From: Tubiluchus corallicola
Lineage: Eukaryota; Animalia; Priapulida
Reading direction: 5' to 3'
Length of the DNA: 64,000 bases
Assembly (NCBI GenBank): GCA_030141605.1
Contig: JAQGDQ010000373.1
Location: forward strand, 124,001-188,000
How positions within the stretch are numbered: the first letter of the stretch is position 1; every line of letters begins with the position of its first letter. The translations under genes and the position numbers were made by a program. Shown piece after piece: positions 46,182 through 58,832 of this stretch. The notes below the pieces were generated by a model. The model saw only the letters and a list, made by a program, of their open reading frames with translations, was not told the DNA's origin and did not search any database.

Positions 46182-46252
<71 letters not shown>
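45860..46252. repeat. (GA)n microsatellite, ~390 bp
   Basis: Direct inspection. Confidence 0.99.
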
Positions 46253-46253
<1 letters not shown>

Positions 46254-46585
46254 ACAGATGTATAAACTTCCCACATTACAACAAGTTATAATTTGTCTGG
46301 TAGTCAGCAGAAGTTAGCAGAAGCAAATGTAATCAAATTTCTAAGCAGCAGAAGAAGTGAGCCATCTCTAGCACGCCATTCGTGTACAATCATAAAAATC
46401 TTTTCCTCATTCCATTTCCAATGTGTTGCGTGCCACTAAATAATTCATAGCAATACAATTATCACCATAACACCCACTATCATTCACCACTACTAGTACC
46501 TCCACCAACATGATGACCCGAGTCCTCTCCTGTCATTTCCCCAGATTCCTAGATCTTATCAGATGTTACGTTTCTTCTCTAGGTG

Positions 46586-47093
46586 CAGTGACGGTTCGTG
46601 TATAGCACGATGGGAACTGCAGCGCCCCCTATTTTCACTCAATATTATGGATAATATTCAATAAAATAAGTCTTTTTTCTTGAATTCTTTCTTTATACTT
46701 GTACGGAGCCACAGCACGCGAAGGCAGTACTGTTTGCTTCACAGCCCAGCACAGTGCGCTCCAGCAACGTGGTGTTTGGCTGTTGTGCGCATGCGGCATT
46801 GTCCACACGTTTGAGCCCAGGTAGAGAAAGTACTGTTACTCACACAGTTTGTTATCAGTAGTCACGTGCTTACCGTGAATGGATCAAGCTTCAACTGCGA
46901 CAATTTAGGCTATTAATAAAAGCAAAAACCATTTTTTGCTCACGATTTTATCAAGTTTATGCATAAACTTTCGTATGTTTGTTTGTTTAAACTTACATTT
47001 ACAACATTAAAATTAAATATGTTTGTTTCGTTGTACACAGTAGTAAAACAATGGCTAAAAATTTTCTGAAACAGCACCCCCACTAATTTTAGC
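46586..47093. mobile_element. MITE family F, copy 2 (inverted relative to 20776-21289)
   Basis: Reverse-complement homology, e.g. GGAACTGCAGCGCCCCCTATTTTCACTCAATATT. Confidence 0.8.
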
Positions 47094-47457
47094 ACCCTTT
47101 AACGTTTCAGCGTTCTTGCTATTGTTATACGTAACAGGGAAGGGTGGTAATAACTCACATAGCTACATCACCTTGTGATGGTTGTCTGTGGTGACCGCTG
47201 GCCGTGTTTAGACTTAACGAGCTGACGCAGGTTGTTTCTAGGAAAGTCGATAAAAGCGAATTGTTAAACCTGCCCGCAGCTTAAACACGTGAAGCCAAAC
47301 ACGGAAAGCTGAAACCACCTATAATGGCTTCAGAGCCAATTTAACTGATGCATGAATCTCTCTGACTGCCCACTCACTTCTGTGCAACCTTGCTGGTGAG
47401 GAATAAACCTTGACCCTTGCTTGTTTCCATGCAACCTTTAGCGAGACAAAAGTAATA

Positions 47458-47725
47458 CAGTAAGTACGCCCTTAACGACGCCAATGCGTTCCAGCAAAAT
47501 GCGACCTTAAGCGAAAAGTCGTTAAACGAAACCAAAATATCCATAGAAAGTGATGTAAAAGAATTGAGATAATGCTGCTTAAGTCATAAAAATTAAACGT
47601 TTTATGAGGTTCTTTATGCGTTTTACTAATTAGTTTCTTTTCACGTGCTTAAAAGAGAAGCAAATGTTCAGTGTCGTTAAAACGAAACGTCGCTAAATGG
47701 GGAGTTGTTAAGCGAGTACTTACTG
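47458..47725. mobile_element. Short Tc1/mariner MITE related to 3215-4029
   Basis: TA|CAGTAAGTAC...GTACTTACTG|TA. Confidence 0.85.
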
Positions 47726-48002
47726 TAACACAAAAGACTTTAGAAAACGCTTCAGATAAACTCCAGACTTAACCGCTAGAGTCGTTCTCACCGGGACCTT
47801 TTATCAAATTTGAAGAAGCACCCAAAATATTGCCAGATTCCGGGAGAAGTTTAGCAGTATATTGGACAAAGCGTCGTTCACAAACTGCTGGAAAACGGAT
47901 TGCCCATTTATTTCCAATTTACATTTTAAACAGATATCCATGCAAATGCAGTGATGACAACGCATTAGCTGATTGGATCTAAATTCAATTGTTGGTTTCC
48001 TG

Positions 48003-48120
48003 GTCATTATGTGCATTATATGTGCATTTGCACACTTGCCACTGCAGTCATTATGTGCATTTGCACACTTGCCACTGCAGTCATTATGTGCATTTGCACA
48101 CTTGCCACTGCAGCCATTAT
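48003..48120. repeat. 33-bp tandem repeat x3
   Basis: CATTATGTGCATTTGCACACTTGCCACTGCAGT. Confidence 0.92.
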
Positions 48121-48529
48121 CAAACTGTCTATGTGAGCACTCTGCTGTTATTACCACACAAATTTCATACGCGGGAGAATTCTTGAAAAGTCATAACGAC
48201 ACTGTCTAAGCGAGCGGCTAATGCAGTCATCATCACAGCATCTTCGCCAGTGCTACCTACACTCATCATCGGATGTTCTATGCCACTTACCTATGCACTG
48301 CAAATCAGTAGCTCAATGTTAATCTATACGAGTGTTGGTCTATATCTACGCAGCAGATTCTTTACTATGTCTATGTGAGCAAAGACTAGTCGTTCCCTCA
48401 CCATCCACAACAGCTCAACTAGTCATTACCTCACCACCCACTACCTTACTACCATATACTATGAACGAGAGTAGCCACTAGTCATTATCAACCACGAGAG
48501 TAGACACTAGTCATTATCTACCTACTGCA

Positions 48530-48975
48530 GACCATTTAGTCATTACCAGGTCATCTACTACAGAATCATTTAGTCGTTACCATGTCATCGACTACAGTAT
48601 CATTTAGTCGCTGCCACGCCATCTAGTACAGTATCATTTAGTCATTACCATGCTATCGATTACAGTATCATTTAGTCGTTACCATGCTATCGACTACAGT
48701 ATCATTTAGTTGTTACCATGCTATCGACTACAGTATCATTTAGTCGTTACCATGCCATGTACTACAGTATAATTTAGTCGCTGCCATGCCATCTACTACA
48801 GTATCATTTAGTCATTACCATGCCATCTAGTACAGTATCATTTAGTCATTACCATGCCATCGACTATAGTATCATTTAGTCGTTACAATGCTATCGACTA
48901 CAGTATCATTTAGTCGTTACCATGCCATCTACTACAGTACCACAGTCATTAACACACCGTCTACTACAGTACCAT
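48530..48975. repeat. 34-bp minisatellite, ~12 copies with decaying flanks
   Basis: CAGTATCATTTAGTCGTTACCATGCTATCGACTA with 34-bp period. Confidence 0.93.
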
Positions 48976-49353
48976 AGTCATTAGCTACCATTAGTACCAT
49001 ATCTACAACAGTACCCTTTAACCATCGTCAAGCACCATCCAGCAGAGTAACTAGTCGTAACACCACACAGTCTACGTAAGCACCCATAAAGCACCAACTA
49101 AAGCACCAACTAGTCAATACCAAAACCACTAGTCAATGAAATACCTACTAGTCATTCTTACACCAGCCATAATAGCATCCACTAGTCATTACGGGAGCAG
49201 CCGCTGATAATTCCTGACGGTTATTACCACAACACCGACACCAGGGTCACCACAAACTTAACAAAGTCATAAAACCAGCCCACAAACAAGAGGTTATAAA
49301 TTACAACAGATGGACGAGGCCTGCGAAGCTTGACTTTTATTTCAGCAACAAAC

Positions 49354-49757
49354 AGGGCGTATTAACCAATTGACCAACTAGGCTATAACCTAGGCCACCA
49401 AAGTTTAAGGACGTCACATTTTAGAAAAAAATCTTATTCTCCCCGGTATACTTTCATATTCATGCAATTGGTGCATTTTATAACACACCACAGACAGTTA
49501 CTGAGATCAGATTTTATATAAGTACAACATAACATACAGGTGCAAGGTATTACACAGCAAGCAGTTGAACAGCCTGTTTGAATGTAAGCGCTATGCAAAT
49601 ACATGTAATTGATAATGACAACATATTAACTAGTGTATCTAATACACCACAAGTAATTGCTTAATCTGTTCATTACATAAATAACCATAAATTCACAACA
49701 CGGATGGGTGGCACAAAATTATCAGCCCAGGGCGTCCTAAAGTCTTTATACGCCCAT
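49354..49757. mobile_element. MITE family C copy
   Basis: GGGCGTAT...ATACGCCC termini; homology to 12354-12680. Confidence 0.75.
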
Positions 49758-49912
49758 AGCAACAATTGCGATGGCAGTTTCTATCTAGTATCCACTAACT
49801 CAAACTTTGAAGGGCTGTAAATTTCCATCAAGAATTTCGTCCGCAATACGTTGTCAACCGTAATGAAATGGGACATGAAGAACTAATATATCAGCGCTGA
49901 CAGATTGAGCCT

Positions 49913-49981
49913 GGTCACGTGACCGAGCTGCTCAATATTTCTCGCAATCATCGTTCATCAGCAAAAGCCAGATCACGTGAC
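49913..49981. promoter_or_regulatory. Pair of extended palindromic E-boxes (GGTCACGTGACC; ATCACGTGAC), candidate intronic enhancer
   Basis: Motif match only; lies in non-repetitive-looking intron sequence. Confidence 0.35.
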
Positions 49982-50547
49982 ACAAATGATTCCTAATTGC
50001 CGTAGTCAGCAATATAGCGATTGTTTACGTCTGGACTACACAAACAGAAGTTGTCCATTTCATAATGAAACACAATCTACGAGACATAAAGTCCATTATA
50101 TAGAAACTTTACATATTTAGAAACAAAAACTAGTCTACTTTACTCTAGTCTATGCAAATTATACTATTAGTTTAACGAAAACCAATACTTGTCGTAGTAG
50201 TGGATGAAGCGGACAAGAACATAACTCGTCAAGCCAGACATACGCGTTGCTGACACGCCGTCAATTGTGGGCATGCAACTATGGCTACTCGATAAAATTG
50301 TACGTGTGCCAATGTTATCGTCACGTTACTGGCACTGGCTTCAGTTTTCCGACTAAAACTAATCCTACGCGTGACAAGTCTTCAACTACAGAAAGAGAGA
50401 ATCAAATTGTGGCTCCCTTGTTGACGACGCCACATTTTTTAAAGTAAAACAGCACGGCTGTGCTAAAACTGCTGACGACTTTGTGAGAAAACATTCTTTC
50501 AGTATCTTCTCATTAGCCACCTTCTTGTGTTAAAGTCTCACAACGTG

Positions 50548-51158
50548 TTAAATTACAGCAAAACAGGAACAAATCTTAAAGCAGAAGGTCAAGACAATCT
50601 ACTCTTTAAAATGTTGAAAGGAACCATACTATTTTTTTCAAAAATGATTTACGTGAAAGAATTATTACCACACAAACACAATTTCACGTTCACACCATTA
50701 GCTCTTTGCTGTTACATGCATTTCGTCATTCGTCAATTAGACGGGCACTAGCGCCTGCATTTCGGAAACGCAATGCACAAAAAATAGATGCAATACCTCT
50801 CAGTTCAGATATGTTAGTTTGTGAAGCAGTACACACGTTCGACAGCCCAGTGGTGAATTTGAAATTTAAATTTTTATTTTAAACTTGCATAGTTTTAGTA
50901 CAACACACTAAATATCTCACAGTAGCACTGTACTTCAACTTTCGCAAACACGAGCACAACACGCTCGTGGAATATTATGTTGAAAAATATGTTAGTTTGT
51001 GATGTCATCAATAGTTTAGCTCGCCCGCCGTTAATTAATTGTTTAATGTATCACTTAATTATCAGAAACGCTTTTGCAGTATTAATTGTGATAAAATGTA
51101 CACTTTATGTCGGACTTGAAAATGGGGTAGTGTGTATGAAAAATCATCCTGTCTTCCT
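50548..51158. mobile_element. Kolobok-like family H, inverted copy
   Basis: Reverse-complement homology to 26782-27411; ends CATCCTGTCTTCCT|TTAA. Confidence 0.72.
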
Positions 51159-52033
51159 TTAAGCACATTTAGTGCTCGAGACGTGAAAGAAATGAGAACA
51201 GAAATAGACCACATTACTTATTGATTAGCAACCATAAACAAGCTAACGCTTACATCCATTAGCCATCAGCAAGGAGTGTACGCAGCTGATATTAGATACA
51301 TAATTACCGGTTGCACCAATAATTCCTATTATATAATTCCGGCGCTTACGTTAAAGTTCGTTACGTGAGTTTACTAAGACTAACTGCATTATTAAAGAAA
51401 AACAGGATGATTTTTCTTATACCATCCCATGCTTACAAATGCAAGCTTATACAATTTACATGTGAACAAAACATACGTGCACCCGTTCCAACGTTTTGCA
51501 TTCCGGACCGAATGCTTCTCATTCTGGACTAGCTTAAACCTAGCTCAAGTTTCCAATCTACTGATGCCATTAAAATCTTCAACGCAAACATCTTCAATCA
51601 TCATGAAATCTCTCACCCCCCCCCCCCCAATCACAACCAGGGTAACTTAACACCTACATCTTTGTAATATAGTAGCAGTGACAGTAATTATCACTCACTC
51701 GACAGAGCTGCGCCAGGGAGGACACTAGCCAAACATTTGTCTCATATCTCGTTAAGCTCTGAATCTGGGTCAACATTAATGAGTTCTCTCAGCTTCCCAA
51801 CTAGCCGCTGAACGCTAACACAGCGTCTGATGAGGATATGCCTCGTCCGGTCAGCACAGCAACGATAATTACTCTAATCAGTGTGCAAAATTATAGTTTA
51901 GTTTATTGACGAACAACACAATAAAAAATTACACGTCACACAATGCATTCCAACACTTGGAGGATGTGATCGTCATAATTATTGAAACAGTAGAGGTTAA
52001 ACAGTAAATAAGATCTACACGTTTACAAAACTA

Positions 52034-52450
52034 ATATAGGTTTTACATGTCAAATGTAGATTTAGGTAATTCAAATGTGTCTTGGTAACTCAAATGTAGA
52101 CTTAGGTAGTTCAAATGTGTTAACAATGAACAAATCTTAAGCGTTTTTGGTAAGTCAAATGTAGACACATGTCAAGTCAAATGTGACATTTGTATCTCAA
52201 ATGTGGATAGGTGGTAAAGTTTAAGGATGTTAAATTTAATCTTCTTTAATTTCAATTTAATAATTGCTCCTAAGTTAAAATAACAACGTTATAGGCCTAC
52301 TAATAGATGCACTATCTTTGGTTTATCTTTTTCTAATTTGCACTTAAATAACTTAATTACCGATTTATTCAAAGTAATGCATCTACATTTGACTTACCTA
52401 AGTCACATTTGAACTTTCCTGTGTCTACATTTGACGTGTAAAACCTATAT
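52034..52450. mobile_element. MITE with long TIRs built from TCAAATGT(A/G) motifs
   Basis: ATATAGGTTTTACATGTCAAATGTAGA / TCTACATTTGACGTGTAAAACCTATAT. Confidence 0.8.
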
Positions 52451-52999
52451 AATTACATAAATGCGATTTTGCTATCAATTGAATATGATTTTCTGTGACA
52501 GAGGTATTATTTTCTTCTTTCAAAACAGTCTGTGGTATAATTTGTTTTTATTTATGATTATTTGAATTGACATTAGAATTGGTCATTATGTTTATTAGAA
52601 TTGTACTTGCTGTTTTTCATTGTGTATAATGTGTGTAAATTTTTGTCACTAAGTATTAAAATATGTTCGTTACCTTTTATTATGTATGTATGTAGTGTTT
52701 AGTCTGTAACTATGTCCATTGTATATATGATCGTTGTCGTTCAATGCGTCTCATGCGTTGGATTCTAAATTATCTATCTATGTGAATAGGTTTAATACGT
52801 TACTTCTTAAATCCTTTTAGAAATTTTAAACATATCCCTACAAATAGAGGGAATGTATTCTCTGTACATAGTTTTTAAAAATAAAGAATTATAATAATAA
52901 AAAAGATATAATTTGAAATTAAATTTGCAAGTTCACTTTCATTTTCGTTCATCGGAAATATAAATTTTTCCTGTACCGTAAGATTAACAAAGTTTGGCG

Positions 53000-53700
53000 A
53001 AATTTCATTGACATGAGAGAACAGGCTTTGTTAATTGCTACATTCAAGAATTAAATGCTCTCCGTCATCAATTTTTTTTGATCTGTACAAAAATTGCATA
53101 GTCTGTTGTTATAAACCATGGCTTGTAATACAAACAGATTTTGTAATACAAACAGATAATAACATCATCCAGTATTGCCGAATTGTAACTGTGGATTTCG
53201 ATTTGAGTCTGTTCAACACTTTTTGTTGTGCTGCCCATTACATCAACTAGCTAGGGTTGTTATGTTTGATAAATTAAATGCAATACTTCTGCCCGAAAAC
53301 CTTAATATAGCTGCCTTAGGAACTAATGATCTGTTGAAGTTGTTATTGTTCGGTAAAGATGAATTTAACTATGTTACTAACTGTAAAATATTCCAATGTA
53401 TACATGACTTTATATTACGTACTAAACGCTTCCGGTAGTTTCTATCTGATATAAAATCATCATTCTTAAATAATCGTACATTAATATTTACTAACCGTCA
53501 TTTTCTACTAATGTCTAATGTATCACTGTAGTAAAACTTTAGTATACTAAAGTATACTAAAAACTAAGTATAGTTTATTCTTACTGTAAATGTTCTTGTA
53601 AATAGTATATAAAGTCTGTTCTGGTGAGGATCCTAAATCATGTTGTATAAACTGTCTGATCCAATCCTAAATAAATTATGTAAACTAACTAAACTAAACA
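53000..53700 (+). mobile_element. 5'-truncated non-LTR retrotransposon 3' end (CR1-group-like; ORF2 C-terminal Cys/His motif)
   Basis: CNCGFRFESVQHFLLCCPLH...LLFG...NCKIFQCIHDFILRTKRF*, 3' UTR, AATAAA and (TAAAC)n tail. Confidence 0.8.
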
Positions 53701-55357
53701 GATTTCACTAGTTTCATTCGCTTCCGTGAAACTAAAAGTTACAACAGGAAGTAACAGACACATATGCATTATTGAAAAGGCTCCACCTCATTAAACAGCC
53801 CACGCCTAGGCAATATATACATAATAGGTCAAAAAGTTTTACCCACATCTACCAACGTTGTAGTCAAAAGTTCCCCTATCGTTCCGATGACCCCAAAATA
53901 ATGTGCCTCCTAAAACTCCTCTGCCAGCACCGCATCCCTCTCCCACCAACGCCCCGGGGTTTTAGCTGCCGCAAAATGAAAAAAAATCACTTCACTTTTC
54001 ATTTTTCTCGTTGGTAGGAATGTAAAAGAGTTACTCGCACAATCGAGTGGCATTAAAAGGTTACCAGTTGCTATAGCAACAGGACCTACAATAAAACTAG
54101 TTGTGTTATAAAACTTCAAGCGACTTTTCGCATTACATTTTAAAATCTTTATGCCTTGATGATGATACAAATGAAATCAACCGAAGAATGGAATTATTGT
54201 AGCTTTGTCATCATCAAAGCCATTAACGTGGATTAAAATTATTGTTCTGGCCAAAATTATGGCAGGTGATTATTGGTAGTTAGGGACGCGGCAGTCACAG
54301 TATAAAGTTGTTGTCTATCAATTTTTGATATTGTTAATGTACAATGCAACAGCTTCAAATTTACAAACATATAAAATGTCATATTTGAGTGCGTGTTTCG
54401 TTAACCATGAAACATGAAAATGTTCATAAGAAATAATAGAGGTGTCATAATACAGCCTTGGGAAGCATTAAAGGGAGAGAATAGTTGGCTCATACTTGGT
54501 TTCTGTTGGGGTTGCAGTACTGTTGTCTACAGGGTATAAATGGTTCTAGACACAGTCAAAAAAATAAAGGGAGAGGAATTTTCATCCCAAACAATTTTTT
54601 CGTATGATATTATATTATTTGATATTGCGCTTAATTGTTTGAAAAACTTGTGCATTGGAAAAGAAAATTCTTAATAATATAAAGTATTTGCGCCACCTGG
54701 TAAAATGGCAGTGGATCATCATTAAACACATTATTGATCTTACTGAAGACACAAAGCAATTTAAGCTTTTGATTAGTTCGTGAAGACTCACAAATGCTCT
54801 CTATTTTGTTATCTAAACTTGTCCCAAAAAACTGCCGTCAAAACGGTTATCGCGGGAGTTTGAATTTGCAAGTTTTATACAGCGTTACTGCTAACGCAAG
54901 CCCTGTACGCAGTAAGTGATACAAAATTTCAAGACGAACTTTTCAAGCTTTATTTATGAAGAGTGTTTATTGTGCTTTAAGTTACTGTAACGCTGCTGCA
55001 TTATTGTTAATGTTGCTGGTGTTGCTCAGCCGTTATTGTTGCTCTTGCATAAATGCAGTATAAGTTTGACGTACTAATAGTAAAAGAGCAGTTTTACGTT
55101 TATTTGGGGATCAGAGAACACTTTAAAGAGACTGTCCCCAGATAATGAGCTCTAATGAAATTAGAAAGAGAAATTCTGGAATAATCTGTTTACGGTGACG
55201 GGCGCAGCAAGAGACACGAACGCAGCTGAAATGCCTGATTACTCTCTGACAGTATCCTTAGTTACCGTAAGATAACCAAACCGTGTCTGCAACCATTTAT
55301 ACCCGTAGACAACAGTACTGCAACCACAACAGAAGCCGAATATGAGCCAACCAGTAT

Positions 55358-55650
55358 GACCCAATAACAGAGGTCAACTACAAGCACTGTGTTTGCGACC
55401 ATTACCCAATAACAGAGGTCAACTACAAGCTCTGTGTTTGCGACCATCACCAAATAACAGAGGTCAACTACAAGCTCTGTGTTTGCGACCATTACCAAAT
55501 AACAGAGGTCAACTACAAGCTCTGTGTTTGCGACCATTACCCAATAACAGAGGTCAACTACAAGCTCTGTGTCTGCGACCATTACCAAATAACAGAGGTC
55601 AACTACAAGATCTGTGTTTGCGACCATCACCAAATAACAGAGTGCACCAT
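55358..55650. repeat. 45-bp minisatellite x6-7
   Basis: AATAACAGAG recurs every 45 bp from 55363 to 55633. Confidence 0.95.
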
Positions 55651-56729
55651 TACCATGAACCGGAGTTCCACGGTGACTGGCTACAAGACATTCAGGAATC
55701 TCTGTGTCCACAACCACACATCTATGGTAATGACATAGGAACTGGCTGCCATACCCATGTGGACACTGGCTTACACAGTGAGAAACTTTATGAAACCCCA
55801 CAGGAATAAACAAAATTAACTGAGACAATTATTTTGCAGAATGGTTAACATCTGCTGGAAGTGGTCCTCATCATTCCCGGATGGGTGGTCCTTTGGTCAC
55901 TTTTAAAATGCTGAACGTGATTCTTTGGCTGGTGGTCCTTTGCCTGTTGTTTCTTTGACTCGTGATCCTTTCACTGGTGGCATTTTGATCATCACAAAAT
56001 GGGAGGACAACAAATCAAGGTTGAAACTTGAAAAAGCAGGTGCACAGAACATTTGTTATTTGTTTAACCAATCAAATTAGATCAACTTTTATCAAAATCT
56101 GGTTTCAACCAGTCCAAGACGCCAACACGTTCTGGTTCATCTTCCCACCGCCTAGATCTGGTTCACAAGGCCTCCGCCAGGTGGCACCTGTAGCTACGAA
56201 AGACCACGATGCGTCAAAAGTTCAGTAATAGATCATATTGTCCTCGCCCATGGCTGGGTTTACACAGCGTATTTTCTCATACGCAATATCAATATTTACA
56301 CAGAAGTTTTTAAGCCGCCGTTTCTGCTGTTTACTAAAGCAGCTAAAGAGGGCCCTAATTGCCCAGCTCTTGTGAGAAAAATTCAATCGTGCCAGCACAG
56401 TTCACCACAGGAAGCGGAAGTTAGTTGAGAACGTAAAAAAAAACTACAAAACCAAAAACTGCAACTAATCGCCTTGGTACCCTGTCTGAAGTCTCACTAA
56501 GTTTGGCAGCATGAGGACAAACAAACTTTTTACCACCCCTCTCTTTCAATTCTCCTTTCTCCCCTTTTACAAATGTCAAGACTTGTGCAACAGATACCTC
56601 TTAGTACTTGACCGATTTCTCACCTCAATTTAAAATCGTACGCCAGAAATATTTGTTACTCAAACACATATAGGCAGTGGGTATGACTCGAGGGCAGAAT
56701 GTTTTTCCTATAGGACATCCGGTAACACT

Positions 56730-57285
56730 TGTATTTTAATATTTATTATCATTATTAGATATTTATTAGTGTCAAAAATACATACAATAGAAGAAAAAAA
56801 ACATGACATACATACAATTTCAAGTTTGAAATACAATGACGCTACATACAAACAAAACAATTACTAATAAAACAAATATTGTTAAATCTTCCTGTTTGTT
56901 ATATTAGTTATTTAAATGAAAGGTTTGATTAGTATTGAAAATAAATTGTCATTCATTAGGCCTCATTTTCAATGATACGATCATTACATAGTATATTGTT
57001 CATCATGTCATAAAAACGCTTTTTCAACATAATCAATAAATGCCCAACAATCAATAATCAATAATCTAAATCATTACTTCCCATCAAGAATAAAAATTTA
57101 TCAGCATCGCTCATAAGGAAAAATTCTGGTATAATTACACTGATGTGATTATATAATTTTCCTCTAAGATCATTGTAATATGGGCATTTTATAACAAAGT
57201 GTAATTCGTCTTCGATTTCATTTCTTAAACAATATGAGCATATACGATTCTCAGCTGGGATTTTTCCAGGTTTAACGTACCTCTT
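56730..57285 (-). mobile_element. 5'-truncated RTE-X-like LINE 3' end
   Basis: Manual translation RYVKPGKIPAENRICSYCLRNEIEDELHFVIKCPYYNDLRGKLY...DKFLFLM (CCHC knuckle); AT-rich 3' UTR with AATAAA. Confidence 0.78.
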
Positions 57286-57499
57286 TCAATGCACGAAGTA
57301 TTGACAGTCGTTCTCGCGTTCGAGCCTTGTATAATGAAACTTCATGAATTTTTATTAGGAAATATTCTCTATGAAAACTGTCAGAAACAGACTGCGAACT
57401 TTTAATACAGACTTATCAACTTATAAATGGGAAATTATGTGGTTTACATTTAAATTGTAAAGACAGCCAGCAAAGCGCTGACTAGACACACATATATAT

Positions 57500-58065
57500 A
57501 TATAATAATCTTTATTTGCCATTAAAATATATTGATAATCACTGATAAAAACTTTACAGAGATAATCAATCAGTGTTAGTTAATAAAAACTTACACTGCT
57601 AAAGGCAAATGCGTCAGAGCAATCTAAACTACTGTGCAGTAATGGAAAGTAACGACGAATAAAATCAAACATATTTACAATTATGCACAAAAAATGAAAA
57701 AACTATGATTTAATTAATATTGCCGTGGATATATGAATTCTGAATTAGTGTGTATGTTGTCGTAGTGGTGTGATGGTATTTCATATCTGGTTAATATTTA
57801 GTGATTTTAATTTTGTTTTAAATGCTGATAGGGACTTGATTTGTTCAACCTGTAATGGTAGAGAATTCCAAAGTAGAATTGCTTGTTTGATTGCAGAGTT
57901 CGTTCCATAGTGGATATTTGTCCTAATTTGTTTTAGATTGCTTGTTCTGGAATTAACGATAGGATTTGGAAAAAAGGTAAATCTGTTATTCTGGAATGGT
58001 TTGCTGATGTTGTTAACGTATTTAAATATAAAAAAGCAGAGTAAAATATTCTTTGTGTGCTTCAA
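57500..58065 (-). mobile_element. 5'-truncated L2/Crack-like LINE 3' end
   Basis: YGTNSAIKQAILLWNSLPLQVEQIKSLSAFKTKLK; AATAAAGATTATT tail. Confidence 0.75.
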
Positions 58066-58497
58066 TGATTGGGAATTTTAAAGTTTTTCTCAGGTTAGTT
58101 GTTGAAGCTTTGAATTTTTGTCTACCTGCCTTACTACTTATAGACAGACCTCCCAGAAATTGTCAAAAGAATGGCACATTAGCAACGGCTAGATGGAGAA
58201 CTAAAAGTTAACTTTGCCATAATCGATTGCAATCGGTAAATATATTTGAATTGCAAATGGTAAAAGTAGAATAAACACGTGTTAGTTCCGCCACATGCTC
58301 AAGTATTTCCATTAGCTTAATTCCCTACGCCCTTTTGACCTGTACATTTCTTTCATGAATCCGATTTATAATTATTAGTACAAAACATTAATACTCGGAA
58401 CGCTAAGTTAATTAACACCCAGTACTGATGATTGGCCAGTCTTTTCAGTTTGTAAAGAAGATCAAATTGGCTGCATAAATGTGCGACAATAAATGTA

Positions 58498-58832
58498 TGG
58501 GTGAGCATCGAACTTTCGAGTTCGAATTCGATTCGAACGAGTTTTCTTAGTTCGAATTCGATTCGAACCTAAAATTACGGGAAAATGTTTGAAACAGCAT
58601 ACAATTAGCTGCAGTTTCTGTGTCAAATTTTTAAGAAACTATAGTGGTTTTACTGCAGAACAAAATCATGTAATATCAAGATAATCAAGTAATATCTTTG
58701 TAAGACAACTTTTCACTACTGGTTCGAGAGCTGATTCAAAAATCTTCCAAACTCAATTTGATTCGGATTCAAAATAGCGAAATTCGATTCGATTCAAGTT
58801 CGCTTCCTGGTACATCCCTAGTGCTCATCCCT
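58498..58832. mobile_element. MITE family D copy
   Basis: GGGTGAGCA...TGCTCATCCC termini, TTCGAA-rich. Confidence 0.72.

Noticed and set aside
45756-46317. SL- and RE-repeat ORFs
   Set aside because: Translation of a (GA)n microsatellite
51827-51855. Second hammerhead-like CTGATGAG-stem
   Set aside because: No GAAA after stem II (GGTC instead)
55262-55828. 188-aa hydrophobic repeat ORF
   Set aside because: Driven by the 45-bp minisatellite; no domain similarity recognised
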